NCBI GenBank assembly: GCA_963712305.1
Contig: CAVQHI010000001.1
Coordinates: 181,383-245,382, forward strand
Source of the DNA: an uncultured bacterium
GTDB lineage: Bacteria; Bacteroidota; Rhodothermia; Balneolales; DATFMH01
Reading direction: 5' to 3'
Length of the DNA stretch: 64,000 bases
In this document: positions 47,467-58,123 of the stretch, in pieces
How the letters are laid out: every line of letters begins with the position of its first letter
Position numbering within the stretch: position 1 is the stretch's first letter
Translations under genes and position numbers: made by a program
Notes under the pieces: generated by a model
The model's input: the letters and a program-made list of their open reading frames with translations, nothing else
Databases searched by the model: none
What the model was told of the DNA's origin: nothing

Positions 47467-48690
47467 TTATTCAGATACGGTCACTTGGATGGGCGACTGC
47501 AAGCCCCGTGAAAACTGATCGACATAAGTCTTCCATGCATCATAATCCTTAAACTGGCCGCTCTTGTCCCAGGTAAAACCAGCCCAGTATGATGCCGTAT
47601 TGTCGTTCGGCACCTTGGCAAGCACCAATGCGTTCTTCTGGTCTTCAGTCGTTTTCACAAAATTTTTAGGATTGACAACGATCGAACAGTCCAGTTTGCC
47701 TTCTTTTAACGGCTGCTCCGTTGTCATCCAACCTTGGTTTGCATTATTATCTTTTTGAGTCAGGCGAGACTTTTCAATTCCAATGCCTGTCACCAGGTTT
47801 CCCGATATCTCCGGTTTGTAAAAACATTGGTAGTGATCCATATTCTGTCCGGCGTCAAGGGAAATTCGTTTCACTTCTTTGACCTTATTGCCGTTCACAT
47901 CAAAAGCTTCATACGTTAGTTGGAACATGACACGTATCGGGCCATTGGCCAAAACGCGGGAATCCACAAAGTTCTTCGATACCCAGAGCTTGCCATCAGC
48001 CCAAAGTCCGTTGCCGCCGTCACCACGACTGTCGCCTGCAGAGTACAAATCGGCTCCCTCTCCGGTATCGGTATGATAATGGTCCATCATATACCAGTCG
48101 TTGATCACCAGTTTGGATACATTCTTACACCACACATCGATGGCACTGCTGGTCAGCGGCTCCTCCTTCCAGGTTTCCAGGGCCTTTCCGTAGGTACGGT
48201 GTGCAATCCGGTCATTTTCCCACGCAAAATCATCGAACCGTTCGCGGACGAAGCGTCCATATGCTTTGAACTGGCTCCGTTTATACATATGCTTTTTACC
48301 GACATAAACCGTGAATTGTCTTGTTTGATTCGGAGCAAAGTCTGCCTGGAAAATCACCTCATTAGGGTGATAATCTCCATCGGTATCGACAGCCTGGCAC
48401 AGAAGCTCCCGGCCGGCAGCATCTTTCACATGAATCGTATTCAGATCAACATCACCCAGCGGCCTCAATTGATCAGCCGACAGCTCAATAGTTTGGTTCA
48501 ATCGTCCAAACGACAATTTATTGACAGCCGTAATTGTGAGTTGTTGGGCAGCGGCATAACAAAATACCGGCAGCATCAACAGTATTAACGATAATAGTGA
48601 GTTTCGTGTCTTATTCATGGATCGTATCTGTTTGTATGAATCATTTGTGCATGAACTGGCAGACTTCAAAAAATGTGCTACCGGTAACAT
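47467..48690 (-). CDS. DUF4861-like exported protein (family common in pectin/uronate utilisation loci)
   Basis: RFDDFAWENDRIAHRTYG motif and a signal peptide. Neighbours are GH88/105 and GH16. Confidence 0.6.
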   Translation of the reverse strand: MLPVAHFLKSASSCTNDSYKQIRSMNKTRNSLLSLILLMLPVFCYAAAQQLTITAVNKLSFGRLNQTIELSADQLRPLGDVDLNTIHVKDAAGRELLCQAVDTDGDYHPNEVIFQADFAPNQTRQFTVYVGKKHMYKRSQFKAYGRFVRERFDDFAWENDRIAHRTYGKALETWKEEPLTSSAIDVWCKNVSKLVINDWYMMDHYHTDTGEGADLYSAGDSRGDGGNGLWADGKLWVSKNFVDSRVLANGPIRVMFQLTYEAFDVNGNKVKEVKRISLDAGQNMDHYQCFYKPEISGNLVTGIGIEKSRLTQKDNNANQGWMTTEQPLKEGKLDCSIVVNPKNFVKTTEDQKNALVLAKVPNDNTASYWAGFTWDKSGQFKDYDAWKTYVDQFSRGLQSPIQVTVSE

Positions 48691-48869
48691 TTGTTTACCT
48701 TATATTTCATTTCGTTAGCTAAAAATTGAATGTGCAGGAAACGCTTTCAATTACTCCCGAAAAAGTTACATCTATACGTATCCCGGTTGTTTTAATGAAT
48801 AGAATATGGGAATGAAAGTCAATGAGATATTGAAAAATGTGCACGTATTCTCCTTCACCCAGTCACGGT

Positions 48870-49307
48870 TCATCCCTTAAAACCAATCTTCTTATGGGTA
48901 CCGTCGCAAAATGGCTTATTCGATGAATGTCCGCACCGGCAAAGTGCCGTAACCTTGTCTCTGTTCTCGGTTCTGCCATCAGGATGTTTGATTGTAACTT
49001 TCCCCTGGACCAATAACGGACCATTTTTTGTCGCCTCAATCACTATTACTTGCTTCGTTTCCTCTTCAGATTTCCCGTCTTGTTTGTCATAAAACCAGGA
49101 CAGAGCACCCGACGGACATTTATCGACTTGTGCCTTTATTTGCTCTGTTGTGGCACCGTCTATTGTAATCCAGGGACGCTTTGAGGGATCAAAAACCTGA
49201 GGCAATCCCCTGAAGCAGTTTTCACTGTGAATACAGGTTCCCGGTTTCCATACAACCGTAATTTCACCGTTTGAATATTTCTTCTCGATATTTTTTAAAT
49301 CGGCCAT
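48870..49307 (-). CDS. Iron-sulfur protein: divergent 4Fe-4S mono-cluster domain fused to a CDGSH domain
   Basis: N-terminal C...C..C...CPSGAL. C-terminal CRCGHSSNKPFCDGTHKK (CDGSH signature). Confidence 0.75.
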   Translation of the reverse strand: MADLKNIEKKYSNGEITVVWKPGTCIHSENCFRGLPQVFDPSKRPWITIDGATTEQIKAQVDKCPSGALSWFYDKQDGKSEEETKQVIVIEATKNGPLLVQGKVTIKHPDGRTENRDKVTALCRCGHSSNKPFCDGTHKKIGFKG

Positions 49308-49386
49308 CTTAAATCGTCTGTATTTTGGGGTTCATTGCAATGGAAGAAGATACTAAAGGATTCTCAAGCTTATAACCGGTTCTGCT

Positions 49387-49680
49387 TTAATCTTGTAAGA
49401 CATCCTGCCACTCTTTATGCCGTTGTATCTGGACTTTAGCAAAGGGACATAATGGAATTACTTTCAGTCCCTCATCCCGAGCGTATTCAACTCCAGCCTG
49501 AACCAATTGCCTGCCGGCTCCAGTACCACTTAAACTATCATTTACTCCAATGTGATCGATGATTATGGTTTTTGTTCCCGCTTTGGAGTAAGTCATTTCT
49601 GCTTCTTTCTTTCCGTCGACCACGATATAAAAAATTCCGTGGCTTTCGGTTTCATTGTGCTTGATATCAAACTGATGCAT
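49387..49680 (-). CDS. Small GNAT-family N-acetyltransferase (YjdJ-like)
   Basis: 97 aa. GTGAGRQLVQAGVEYARDEGLKVIPLCPF matches the short GNAT_2-type proteins. Confidence 0.7.
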   Translation of the reverse strand: MHQFDIKHNETESHGIFYIVVDGKKEAEMTYSKAGTKTIIIDHIGVNDSLSGTGAGRQLVQAGVEYARDEGLKVIPLCPFAKVQIQRHKEWQDVLQD

Positions 49681-49942
49681 GCTGCTTCCTTTTCCAGCTA
49701 TTAATTTTAATCATATAGACATCCGGTTTCATTATTAGTGAACCCCTGAATTTGTATATGTACCTGGGAACGTGATAAGATTTTGCAACCCCTCTTACGA
49801 ACCAAGCGTTCCCCCTCTCTTTTCTATGCATACTGATACCTCCAACTTTAATAATTAGAAGATTCTAATATTTTTCATGAGCTGATTCTGACTTTTCTCT
49901 CGCATTCCCAGTAACAGCATAAAAAAACACGGGAGACTAATC

Positions 49943-52900
49943 ATGAGAAGAGTTTACAATTTTACGATATCTATTCTATCACTATCTATTGTGTGTGTGT
50001 TGCTAATGGTTAACGCCGCTTTAGCCCAACAGAATATCACGTGGACCGGCGCGGCAAATGGCAACGACTGGGAAACCCCCGGGAACTGGTCCCCAAACAC
50101 CGTACCCGGAGCTTCGGATACGGTTTACATTCCTTACCAGGTGGGCACCAACATTGTGTATACCGTTAATATCAACAGTAACGTCACTGTTGCAAAGTTA
50201 GAAGTTGGGGCTAAAGATCTTTATATAAACTCAGGCTCGCTTACCTTCACGAAATCAACGACGTTTGACTCAACGACCTATGTACATATCGGAACTCCCG
50301 GAAGTAACGCCAATCTAATTATCCCGAAAAACAGTATTTGCTCCTACAAGGGAAATACCATTTCGATTGTTGGGGCCAGCGAACTGATTAATAATGGGGT
50401 GCTGAAGATTGAGTCCGACTTAGCCTATACCACTACGATTACTAACGGTAATGGGTTACTTATAAACAACGGGGAACTGTGGAATGGTACTGCCGGTAAA
50501 ACGCCGGGTATTCAGATTACAAATGACTCGCTTGTCAATAATGGACTGATCCATAACGCCTATGGAATGTTGACTATCAGATCGAATACGTATTTCAAAG
50601 GCGGATCAGTCATCACCGACGATAGTACATCGATCAGCCTTGCTTACGGGAGATTTCATGTTAAGGATACTCTTCGTCTTGGCGAGGTAAAAACCGGCAA
50701 TATTGTTTTATATAGTGGGACCTTATCAACGGATTCAATCAATGTATTGGCTCCTGATGTCTCAGCCAATAACCTGCATTCCCTGACAATGAACAACGGG
50801 AAGATTACAGGATCCGGGAAATGGATAAATGACATCAATCTTATTTCCGGAGGAACGGGATACGGTGCCTGTTGCAATACCATCGGCAACGTAATTAATC
50901 AGGACTCCATAACTCAGGCACCTGGCTACAGTTTATACTTAACGGGCGGAGATACCCTTTGGAACAAGGGAGTTATCGATTTTCAATCTGATCAAGGCAT
51001 CACCAATAACAGTGGTCCTAATCGTGGAGTGATTGTAAATGACAGCCTCATCCAGAAATCGGCAGGAACAAATACGAGCGGTATCTCACCGAGGTTAATC
51101 AATAATGGCACCTTATGGGCAAAAAGCGGCAAACTGGCTTTAAATGATACGTTGTATGAGCACGATGGACGCTGGCTGGCAGATGCTAATGCTGAATTAA
51201 AGCTGAACAACTCCAACCAGATAATGTATTTATCAGGTACCATAACCGGTCAGTCCCAAGGGACTATTTCCTTATATAACCAGATATATGCGGACACGCT
51301 CCAAAATGTCATCCTGGATATTGGTGGCAATGGGGCTACCATGTGGACTGGCTCCATTGAAGGGCCGGGAGAATTGACGAACAAAGGGGTATTTGCCATA
51401 CGTGCCGGTGTAAGTATCGGGATTAAAACGCATTTCACCAATGCGGGCATTATGACGATTGCGAATGCAGGACAATCTATGGCAATTGACCAGTATGGGG
51501 ATGGATATATATCTAATTCCGGCACGCTGCATCTCAGAGACCGGGCCGATATCAGAGGTCCATCCAAACTGTTCGGAAAGGCAATGGTTGTGAATACCGG
51601 TACGATCGTTAAAGACGGGGATGCGGGAACAGCAACCATAGGTGGACTCATTGATAACAGCGGGATGATCAAAGTATCCCGGGGTAAACTTAATATTGGC
51701 AACAACTGGGAACGTAATGCCACCATTTCGGTTGCCGACACGGCTGAATTGGATCTGGGTGCAACGATGCGAGTGCATGGGTCTGTTGGCGGGTCGATCC
51801 TGGGGAAAATGAGTTCTAACACTACCTTTTCTGCGGATACGCTGCAAACCTCTACCCTGCAGTTTACCGGGAAGGGAGTCCAGGGTTACGGCACTACTAA
51901 TTTTACGGGTCCCGGCAGATGGATCAACGCCGGTGTTGTACATGGCACAGGCAGCTATCTTAATTTCAATCAGTCACTCACTAACACCGGGACGCTCTAC
52001 CTGCAAGGTTATACCAATATTGCAACAGGAGATACCCTGTACAATGACGGGCATATCATTCTGGTGATGGACAACTACGGGCGGCTCAGTCAAAACGGTT
52101 CGGGTACGCCCTTGCCGGTTATTCTCAACCGTGGTGTCATTCAAGGTGATGGTCAGGCAGGTTCACATTCCATCTCTGTTCCCATAATCAACCAGGATAC
52201 GGTTCGCATAGATGCCGGACTATTTTTCCTGACAACCAGCTTTGACAACCAGGCCAGTGGCGTTATTTCGGGTATCAACGGTGTGATTGACGAGAACAAC
52301 AACCGTCCCTATATCAGCAACGAAGGCGGTATTTATCCATTTGGTCCCTATTCACGTCTTACCATCCAGGGGCCGCTCGATCTGAGTTCACCAACCTCTT
52401 ATATCAAAATTGATATCGGTGGAGATCAATTAAACGGAAGACTTCGCATAACCAATACTTTGACGAGCGGTCAGGGTATAATGAAAGTTCGTGCCACTGG
52501 GTCCTATCTCCCTCAAGATTACTCTGTATATAACGTACTATCTGCTCCGCAAGGACTTCCGACGACTCTACCTTCTGTTAATAGTAACATTCAATATGTT
52601 CACTTTACTGAAGCAGCCGTGCAGGATACTTTATTGCAACTCACCGCTCACCGTGATCTTGCCTCCATTGGCAAAATCTCACGGGATACGGTGAATGCCG
52701 GTTTAGTGGCTCCACTAACCATCAAAGGAAGTGGATTCTCAAACCAAAGTCACTTTTGGCTAAGTGAACACTTACCATCCAAACCCGATTCAATTATCAC
52801 TGAAGACCTGACGACAGATTCATTGTTCGCAGATCATGTTAATGTTAGCATGGATCTCAGGGAACCATGGTGGATGGGAAGAGGATACATTCATACACAA

Positions 52901-55246
52901 AATCCCGGCCAGCCTGCTGACAGTACATCAATTTTTATTATTCCTGTACTCAGTGTTCATTTTAAACGATTTGTGGGACACCAGGGAGTTGGAATAATTA
53001 ATGGAGATCCGTACAACGGGAGAAGCTGGACAACAACCCATTTTTATGGATTTTCAAGCTATCCGGTACAACAATTTATAGTTGGAGAGTTTATCAAGCC
53101 ACATTTCTCCTTTGTACAATCGGCTATATCCAGCCAGTATCATGGGGGAGGAACCGAAGTTTGGGATAGCTACTCTTCACCTCATCATGATCATACACTT
53201 TTGGTTTCAGGTGTATATCCGGGACTGTATACCAACTTTTATTCTAGTACTACAATATCAACAAGGCATATATTGTTTACGCCATCCGGATTGGCTAATC
53301 TATCGCAAGCCCTGGCTGATACATCGATGTTTCCATATTCGGCGTATGCCGCATCACACTACATATTTTGGGTGATTCCAGATGGCCAATATCAATTGGT
53401 AATGCAAAGATGTATCAGGGATAGCGCTAATGCCCCTCTTTCTAAATTCCTAAGTACGCTTGCACCAAGTGATTCACTATTGAATGCTACCATAGATGAT
53501 GTTTTGTCTTCGGGGCTCACAATAAGATTCTCACAGCCAGACCTATATCTCAAACAGATTCTTATTAATCTGGTCACATTGATGCATTCTACAGCCGATG
53601 CTCAATCTGTCTATGAACAATCCCTATCAAGATTCACTGCCATGTGGGCGTACCAGATTAATTTGTTAATCTACCATTCAGTAAAAGAACATCTGGGGGC
53701 AGACAATCAACCTTCCGACAGCAGTGCGCATCAAGCTATAAACATTGCTGCCCAGGATTTATACAACAATGTAAAAAAAGGCGGGAATCGGAATATTAGT
53801 AATAGCCTTCCGTCAAATAATTCGAGTGATTGGTTTCAGTTTCCGTATCCTCCATCACAACCGACCGAACCACCACCCCCAGACAATACAAATAATAATT
53901 ACCCGCATGTCGAACCTGGAGGATTCGCCCCGAAACCTGGTCCGGATATTTGCGTCTCAAATTGCAGTAATACCCCGGGAAACGAAAATAAAGACAGCTT
54001 TGGCAATCCTATCGGCCCCAATGGAACAACTGTGATCCCGGATACGTGCAATCCGTCCGATCTCACCCTGAAAGGTCAGATTGCTTGTGTCAAACTCGTA
54101 CCACTCGTTGCACCTTTTGACCCGAATGATAAATCCGCGTTGTCATCAGAACCTGCTCAGGTTGATTCAAGCAACGGGATCATCCATGCCAGACATTACT
54201 ACATACCGATGGCCCATGCCCAGGACAGCCTGCGGTACTCTATACACTTTGAGAACCTGGCAGCAGCAACTGCTTCTGCACATATTGTAACAATCACCGA
54301 TACGCTGGATTCCCATATCGACCCGACCTCCTTCCACCTGATGAATGCGAGTCACGACAGTGTATTAACCGTTCAGCGAGCAGGCCATATCGTCACCTTT
54401 ACGTTCAACGGTATCGATCTGCCGCCTGACACGGCCGCACCGAGCGGTGAAGGGTTTGTCTCGTATGCCGTTAAGCCAAAAACGGGGCTCACAAACGGCA
54501 CCACGATCAAGAACCAGGCTTCGATCGTCTTCGATTCGAACCCGGCTATTCTGACGCCGACAACGGTTCACGTCATCACCAAAACGGCTGATGCCACTCT
54601 TGCATTGCAGTCGATGACGGACTCCCTGGTAGTCGGCAAGAGAGATACGTTATCTATTTCGGTCACCAACAATGGTCCGGATCCCGCCGATTCGGTCCAT
54701 GTTCTGATGCTGGTCCCGGGAAGCATATCCATACAAAGTGTGATGGGCGACAGTTCGTGGACGCAAAAGCATGACAGCCTGATGATTCGGATGGGTTCGG
54801 TTGCAGCCGCGAAAACGGTGACAGCAAAACTTGCAATTGTATCTCACGTAACCGGCAGCACGTCATTTGCGGCCCAGGTTTACACCAGTTCAGCCGATGC
54901 GGATATATTTAACGATCAGGCATTATTAACAGAAAAATCGATCCAGGGGACGCCTATCGATGCTTCAAATGTGAATCTGCCAACTCATTATACATTGAGC
55001 CAAAACTATCCGAATCCATTTAATCCGACAACAACGATTCGATTTGCCCTGCCCAAATCAGGAAAGGTCAGACTCGAGATTTACAACATTCTCGGTCAAA
55101 AGGTGGCTACACTGGTTGATGAACGGATGAAGGCCGGCTGGTACAATGTTCAGTGGGACGCGCACCAGGTGGCCAGCGGACTTTACTTGTACCGTATTAC
55201 ATCCGGACATTTTGTCAAGACGAAGAAGATGCTGCTTATTAAATGA
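49943..55246 (+). CDS. Giant (1767 aa) T9SS-secreted surface protein: signal peptide, long G/N/T-rich beta-helix-like repeat region, unassigned core, DPNDK...FEN adhesin-type module, DUF11-like repeat, type-A CTD
   Basis: Signal MRRVYNFTISILSLSIVCVLLMVNAALAQ. Recurring LINNG/NNGxL/NxGT units over ~850 aa. FDPNDKS...YSIHFENLAAATASAHIVTITDTLD. TNNGPDPADSVHVLMLVP. C-terminus NYPNPFNPTTTIRFAL...YLYRITSGHFVKTKKMLLIK. Confidence 0.8.
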   Translation: MRRVYNFTISILSLSIVCVLLMVNAALAQQNITWTGAANGNDWETPGNWSPNTVPGASDTVYIPYQVGTNIVYTVNINSNVTVAKLEVGAKDLYINSGSLTFTKSTTFDSTTYVHIGTPGSNANLIIPKNSICSYKGNTISIVGASELINNGVLKIESDLAYTTTITNGNGLLINNGELWNGTAGKTPGIQITNDSLVNNGLIHNAYGMLTIRSNTYFKGGSVITDDSTSISLAYGRFHVKDTLRLGEVKTGNIVLYSGTLSTDSINVLAPDVSANNLHSLTMNNGKITGSGKWINDINLISGGTGYGACCNTIGNVINQDSITQAPGYSLYLTGGDTLWNKGVIDFQSDQGITNNSGPNRGVIVNDSLIQKSAGTNTSGISPRLINNGTLWAKSGKLALNDTLYEHDGRWLADANAELKLNNSNQIMYLSGTITGQSQGTISLYNQIYADTLQNVILDIGGNGATMWTGSIEGPGELTNKGVFAIRAGVSIGIKTHFTNAGIMTIANAGQSMAIDQYGDGYISNSGTLHLRDRADIRGPSKLFGKAMVVNTGTIVKDGDAGTATIGGLIDNSGMIKVSRGKLNIGNNWERNATISVADTAELDLGATMRVHGSVGGSILGKMSSNTTFSADTLQTSTLQFTGKGVQGYGTTNFTGPGRWINAGVVHGTGSYLNFNQSLTNTGTLYLQGYTNIATGDTLYNDGHIILVMDNYGRLSQNGSGTPLPVILNRGVIQGDGQAGSHSISVPIINQDTVRIDAGLFFLTTSFDNQASGVISGINGVIDENNNRPYISNEGGIYPFGPYSRLTIQGPLDLSSPTSYIKIDIGGDQLNGRLRITNTLTSGQGIMKVRATGSYLPQDYSVYNVLSAPQGLPTTLPSVNSNIQYVHFTEAAVQDTLLQLTAHRDLASIGKISRDTVNAGLVAPLTIKGSGFSNQSHFWLSEHLPSKPDSIITEDLTTDSLFADHVNVSMDLREPWWMGRGYIHTQNPGQPADSTSIFIIPVLSVHFKRFVGHQGVGIINGDPYNGRSWTTTHFYGFSSYPVQQFIVGEFIKPHFSFVQSAISSQYHGGGTEVWDSYSSPHHDHTLLVSGVYPGLYTNFYSSTTISTRHILFTPSGLANLSQALADTSMFPYSAYAASHYIFWVIPDGQYQLVMQRCIRDSANAPLSKFLSTLAPSDSLLNATIDDVLSSGLTIRFSQPDLYLKQILINLVTLMHSTADAQSVYEQSLSRFTAMWAYQINLLIYHSVKEHLGADNQPSDSSAHQAINIAAQDLYNNVKKGGNRNISNSLPSNNSSDWFQFPYPPSQPTEPPPPDNTNNNYPHVEPGGFAPKPGPDICVSNCSNTPGNENKDSFGNPIGPNGTTVIPDTCNPSDLTLKGQIACVKLVPLVAPFDPNDKSALSSEPAQVDSSNGIIHARHYYIPMAHAQDSLRYSIHFENLAAATASAHIVTITDTLDSHIDPTSFHLMNASHDSVLTVQRAGHIVTFTFNGIDLPPDTAAPSGEGFVSYAVKPKTGLTNGTTIKNQASIVFDSNPAILTPTTVHVITKTADATLALQSMTDSLVVGKRDTLSISVTNNGPDPADSVHVLMLVPGSISIQSVMGDSSWTQKHDSLMIRMGSVAAAKTVTAKLAIVSHVTGSTSFAAQVYTSSADADIFNDQALLTEKSIQGTPIDASNVNLPTHYTLSQNYPNPFNPTTTIRFALPKSGKVRLEIYNILGQKVATLVDERMKAGWYNVQWDAHQVASGLYLYRITSGHFVKTKKMLLIK

Positions 55247-55296
55247 CGGCGTACCAATGGCGAATCCCGTGTTAAATGATCGCCATTTCGAGAAAA

Positions 55297-55329
55297 AGCC
55301 ATGCCGGCGAACGGCATGGCTTTCTTTAT
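55297..55329. terminator. Rho-independent terminator between convergent genes
   Basis: GCCATGCCG-GCGAA-CGGCATGGC followed by TTTCTTTAT and preceded by A5. Confidence 0.8.
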
Positions 55330-55402
55330 ACAAATTCTGAGATGCAATCTCACCCGACTGCCAAGCATAATCAGCGAAATCCGATAATCCCTTAATCCAC
55401 GA

Positions 55403-55891
55403 TCATGCGAACGATTGATTCATCTCCTTGACCCTGCAACTCGGCAAATGAATGTAACGTGTCATTTCCGCCTGTATTTCGATATTCTCTGCCTTCTCAC
55501 TAAGATCCTTCACAGCCCCTGAAATGCCGGTGTGATTGATGTATTGAACCTTAAGTTCATGATTGTCGATTTCTGTATATCGAATATCCGGCAGAAGCGT
55601 GCTATAGTTTAAATCTGAATAGACTGCATCAATGTAGTTAATACATTCGCTTTTCATGAGTGCAAGGACCTTCTCATATGCGTAGATGATCCCCTCATTC
55701 TCGCCATAATTATCTTCATAATCGATAGTGACTCTACGGCCAAGCTTATACGAAAAATCCTCAAGATCCTGCGAAAGCACATAGGCATGTACGGTAAGAT
55801 CAAACTCACTTAACCCCTTAGACTTTGAAGCCACGACCGTAAAAAAGGTTCCGACTTTCGGGATATAGTTGCTGAGGTAACATCTGACCAT
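55403..55891 (-). CDS. Hypothetical protein (162 aa)
   Basis: Intact ORF with no competing frame. No family recognised. Confidence 0.45.
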   Translation of the reverse strand: MVRCYLSNYIPKVGTFFTVVASKSKGLSEFDLTVHAYVLSQDLEDFSYKLGRRVTIDYEDNYGENEGIIYAYEKVLALMKSECINYIDAVYSDLNYSTLLPDIRYTEIDNHELKVQYINHTGISGAVKDLSEKAENIEIQAEMTRYIHLPSCRVKEMNQSFA

Positions 55892-56118
55892 GGCAATCTC
55901 CTGTTTAATTATAAGAGATAGTAAATCATCTAATGATAATAATTACCTGTTGCCTGTAGGTTAAGTTATTGTTAAGAAATTAAGTCTCTTTTCCTCCCTT
56001 GAGGGAGGATTAAGGTGGGTGTTCCCCCAGCGTTTCATTTTGCAACAATCAATTCTATCACTTACGCTGCGTTCCCCTCTATGGTCCCCCGAAAGCTTTC
56101 GGTAACATAATTCCGGGA

Positions 56119-56856
56119 TTAATTCAACTTCACTTGACTATTATTATACGAGGGCAGCAGCTTATAAATCACATTCATGATCTGCTGATTTGATACGCGA
56201 TCGGCATCCTCGAAAATTTTTCGGATGCGGCCGGTTGTATCAACGATCGCCAGCGCATCATTGTGTACGATATCGTAATCGGGTTTTGCTTCATCAGCCA
56301 GTTTGTTGCTCACTACCGGGTCTGGTACGTATGTTCCTTCCTTCTTCTCCTTTTCAATCTCCTGATCTTCACTGGTTTCACTTACCTTTTGATAATCGAT
56401 GAAGTATGATCCGGTGACGATGTGGCGAATCTCTTTGGGATCACCCGTTAGATATTGCCAGTTCGTGTTTTGAGGGTTCCATCCATACTGTTGCTGAAAT
56501 GTTTTCATCTGATCTGGTCCCGTGCTATCCGGATCCACATTAAAGGCTACCAATTGCACCTTATTTTCCATTTTCGCTTCCCTAAGTAATTGCTCAAGGC
56601 TCACGAAGTTGTGGGCGATCAACGGACAATATCCCTGGCAATACGGGAACAAAAATGTTACTACTCTGACTTTTCCCTTAAACGATTCCGACGAAACCTT
56701 CTCTCCCAACTGATTGGTAAGAGTATAATCAGGGACTTTCCCCAAAACCTGTAGTGTATCTTTCGTTTGCGTATCAGAATGAAGGAACCATCCTGCTGCA
56801 AATCCCCCCGCACCAATGAGTATCAGTATGGATAAATAAAGACTAACCCGCCGCAT
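56119..56856 (-). CDS. SCO1/SenC-family thioredoxin-fold copper chaperone
   Basis: N-terminal TM helix. VVTFLFPYCQGYCPLI (CxxxC in the SCO position), later H in DIVHNDALAIVD. Confidence 0.7.
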   Translation of the reverse strand: MRRVSLYLSILILIGAGGFAAGWFLHSDTQTKDTLQVLGKVPDYTLTNQLGEKVSSESFKGKVRVVTFLFPYCQGYCPLIAHNFVSLEQLLREAKMENKVQLVAFNVDPDSTGPDQMKTFQQQYGWNPQNTNWQYLTGDPKEIRHIVTGSYFIDYQKVSETSEDQEIEKEKKEGTYVPDPVVSNKLADEAKPDYDIVHNDALAIVDTTGRIRKIFEDADRVSNQQIMNVIYKLLPSYNNSQVKLN

Positions 56857-56963
56857 ATATGATTTTAATATAGACCTGATTCATAAAATAGTGATAGGTA
56901 TATAATCCTCAGATAAGCAAAAAATTGTACAAGAATCGGAAATGAAAAGTAATTAACAGGATT

Positions 56964-57027
56964 TTCTGTGTCTTCTGTGTTTCCGTGGCAAAAAAGAACT
57001 GCCACAGAGTCACGGAAGCACACGGAA
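56964..57027. repeat. Long imperfect hairpin related to the CCACAGAG/CACGGAA repeat family; possible terminator of the upstream minus-strand gene
   Basis: TTCTGTGTCTTCTGTGTTTCCGTGGC-loop-GCCACAGAGTCACGGAAGCACACGGAA, 42 nt beyond the stop at 57069. Confidence 0.5.
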
Positions 57028-57068
57028 ATCTAAATACTTTTTATCCGCGAAAATCCGCGGCTGTGAGC

Positions 57069-58076
57069 TCATTTCTGTACTGGCTGGTGCTGTATCAGGT
57101 TATTTATCAAATTGGTCATGTAGCCAATAGACTTATTTTCTTTCAAATAATACTGACCTGTTCGGGTCGTATCCCAATGTACCTGCCTGCTGCCATCAAC
57201 CGAAGTAATATGTCCTGGTACCTTTTTGTAGTAGGGCGAAACGCCTTTGATCGCAACCAGTACTGCCGTCTCATCCCAGCTCGATCGCCCGTTTTTATCT
57301 TCTTCCGCTTTGGGAATGCTAATGCTGAAAACATCTTTGACCGGATCGTTTTTTATCTGATCATTATGAATGAGCGGTATCCCGGTTTTAATCTTGACCC
57401 CAATTTCAAAGCCGCTGAAAATGATTTCCGTAGGCCAGTTCTCAAACACATAGTTCGAGGATGGGATGTCGTTATAGACATTGAATTCCTCTCCGGAGGG
57501 AAACTTGCCAGCCATGCTAACCAGGCATTTCACCTTTCGTGCTACCAACTGACTTCCGGTCATTGATGAATAGGTATCAGGACCGGATTCCAGCAAATTT
57601 GCCAGGTTGGTGAAAAATCCGGTCGATACAATGGTAACACTGTGATCAGGTTGTTTGCTTAATACCTTGCGATAGACATCAACAGGATCGGGAACCTGGT
57701 CGTTTGAAGTTATCTTGTGAGGATATTTTTCGACGATAGCATCAGTCCACCCCTGCCAGTCTTTTAGTTCCACGCTTGGTCCTTTGGGCACGCCGATTGG
57801 AATATTGGGCCGGCCAAAATAGGTATTCAGAACATCGATTACTTCTGCAATCTTCGGATACCTGTTGGATGCGACTGTTGCGAGTATTTTAGCTTCACCG
57901 CTATCTGCATAAGCATGAAGAATGGTAATAGCCCCCACATCGTCATAATCCGGACCGATATCAGAATCGAAAATTATGTTCACCGGTTTTCGGGTACGCT
58001 GCGCGATTGAAATAAGCGGGGTCAACAATAAACAGAGTGATAAAATGTACTTCAAATAGCTACCTTTCATTTCCAA
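57069..58076 (-). CDS. Nucleoside hydrolase (IUNH-fold) family protein, exported
   Basis: Signal peptide, then VNIIFDSDIGPDYDDVGAITILH (the DxDxxxDD Ca-binding motif). Confidence 0.7.
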   Translation of the reverse strand: MEMKGSYLKYILSLCLLLTPLISIAQRTRKPVNIIFDSDIGPDYDDVGAITILHAYADSGEAKILATVASNRYPKIAEVIDVLNTYFGRPNIPIGVPKGPSVELKDWQGWTDAIVEKYPHKITSNDQVPDPVDVYRKVLSKQPDHSVTIVSTGFFTNLANLLESGPDTYSSMTGSQLVARKVKCLVSMAGKFPSGEEFNVYNDIPSSNYVFENWPTEIIFSGFEIGVKIKTGIPLIHNDQIKNDPVKDVFSISIPKAEEDKNGRSSWDETAVLVAIKGVSPYYKKVPGHITSVDGSRQVHWDTTRTGQYYLKENKSIGYMTNLINNLIQHQPVQK

Positions 58077-58123
58077 ACCTTTAATTTAATTCATTGAACA
58101 GCAATAACGTATCCCCACATCCA

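Noticed and set aside
47920-48588. 222-aa plus-strand ORF
   Set aside because: It is antisense to the DUF4861-like gene, which has a signal peptide and a family-specific motif. The antisense product has no recognisable features.
51250-51943. 190-aa and 223-aa minus-strand ORFs
   Set aside because: They lie entirely inside the 1767-aa T9SS protein gene. They are stop-poor antisense frames produced by the biased G/N/T-rich repeat codons.
56985-57566. 193-aa plus-strand ORF
   Set aside because: It is antisense to the well-supported nucleoside hydrolase gene and begins inside the hairpin repeat.
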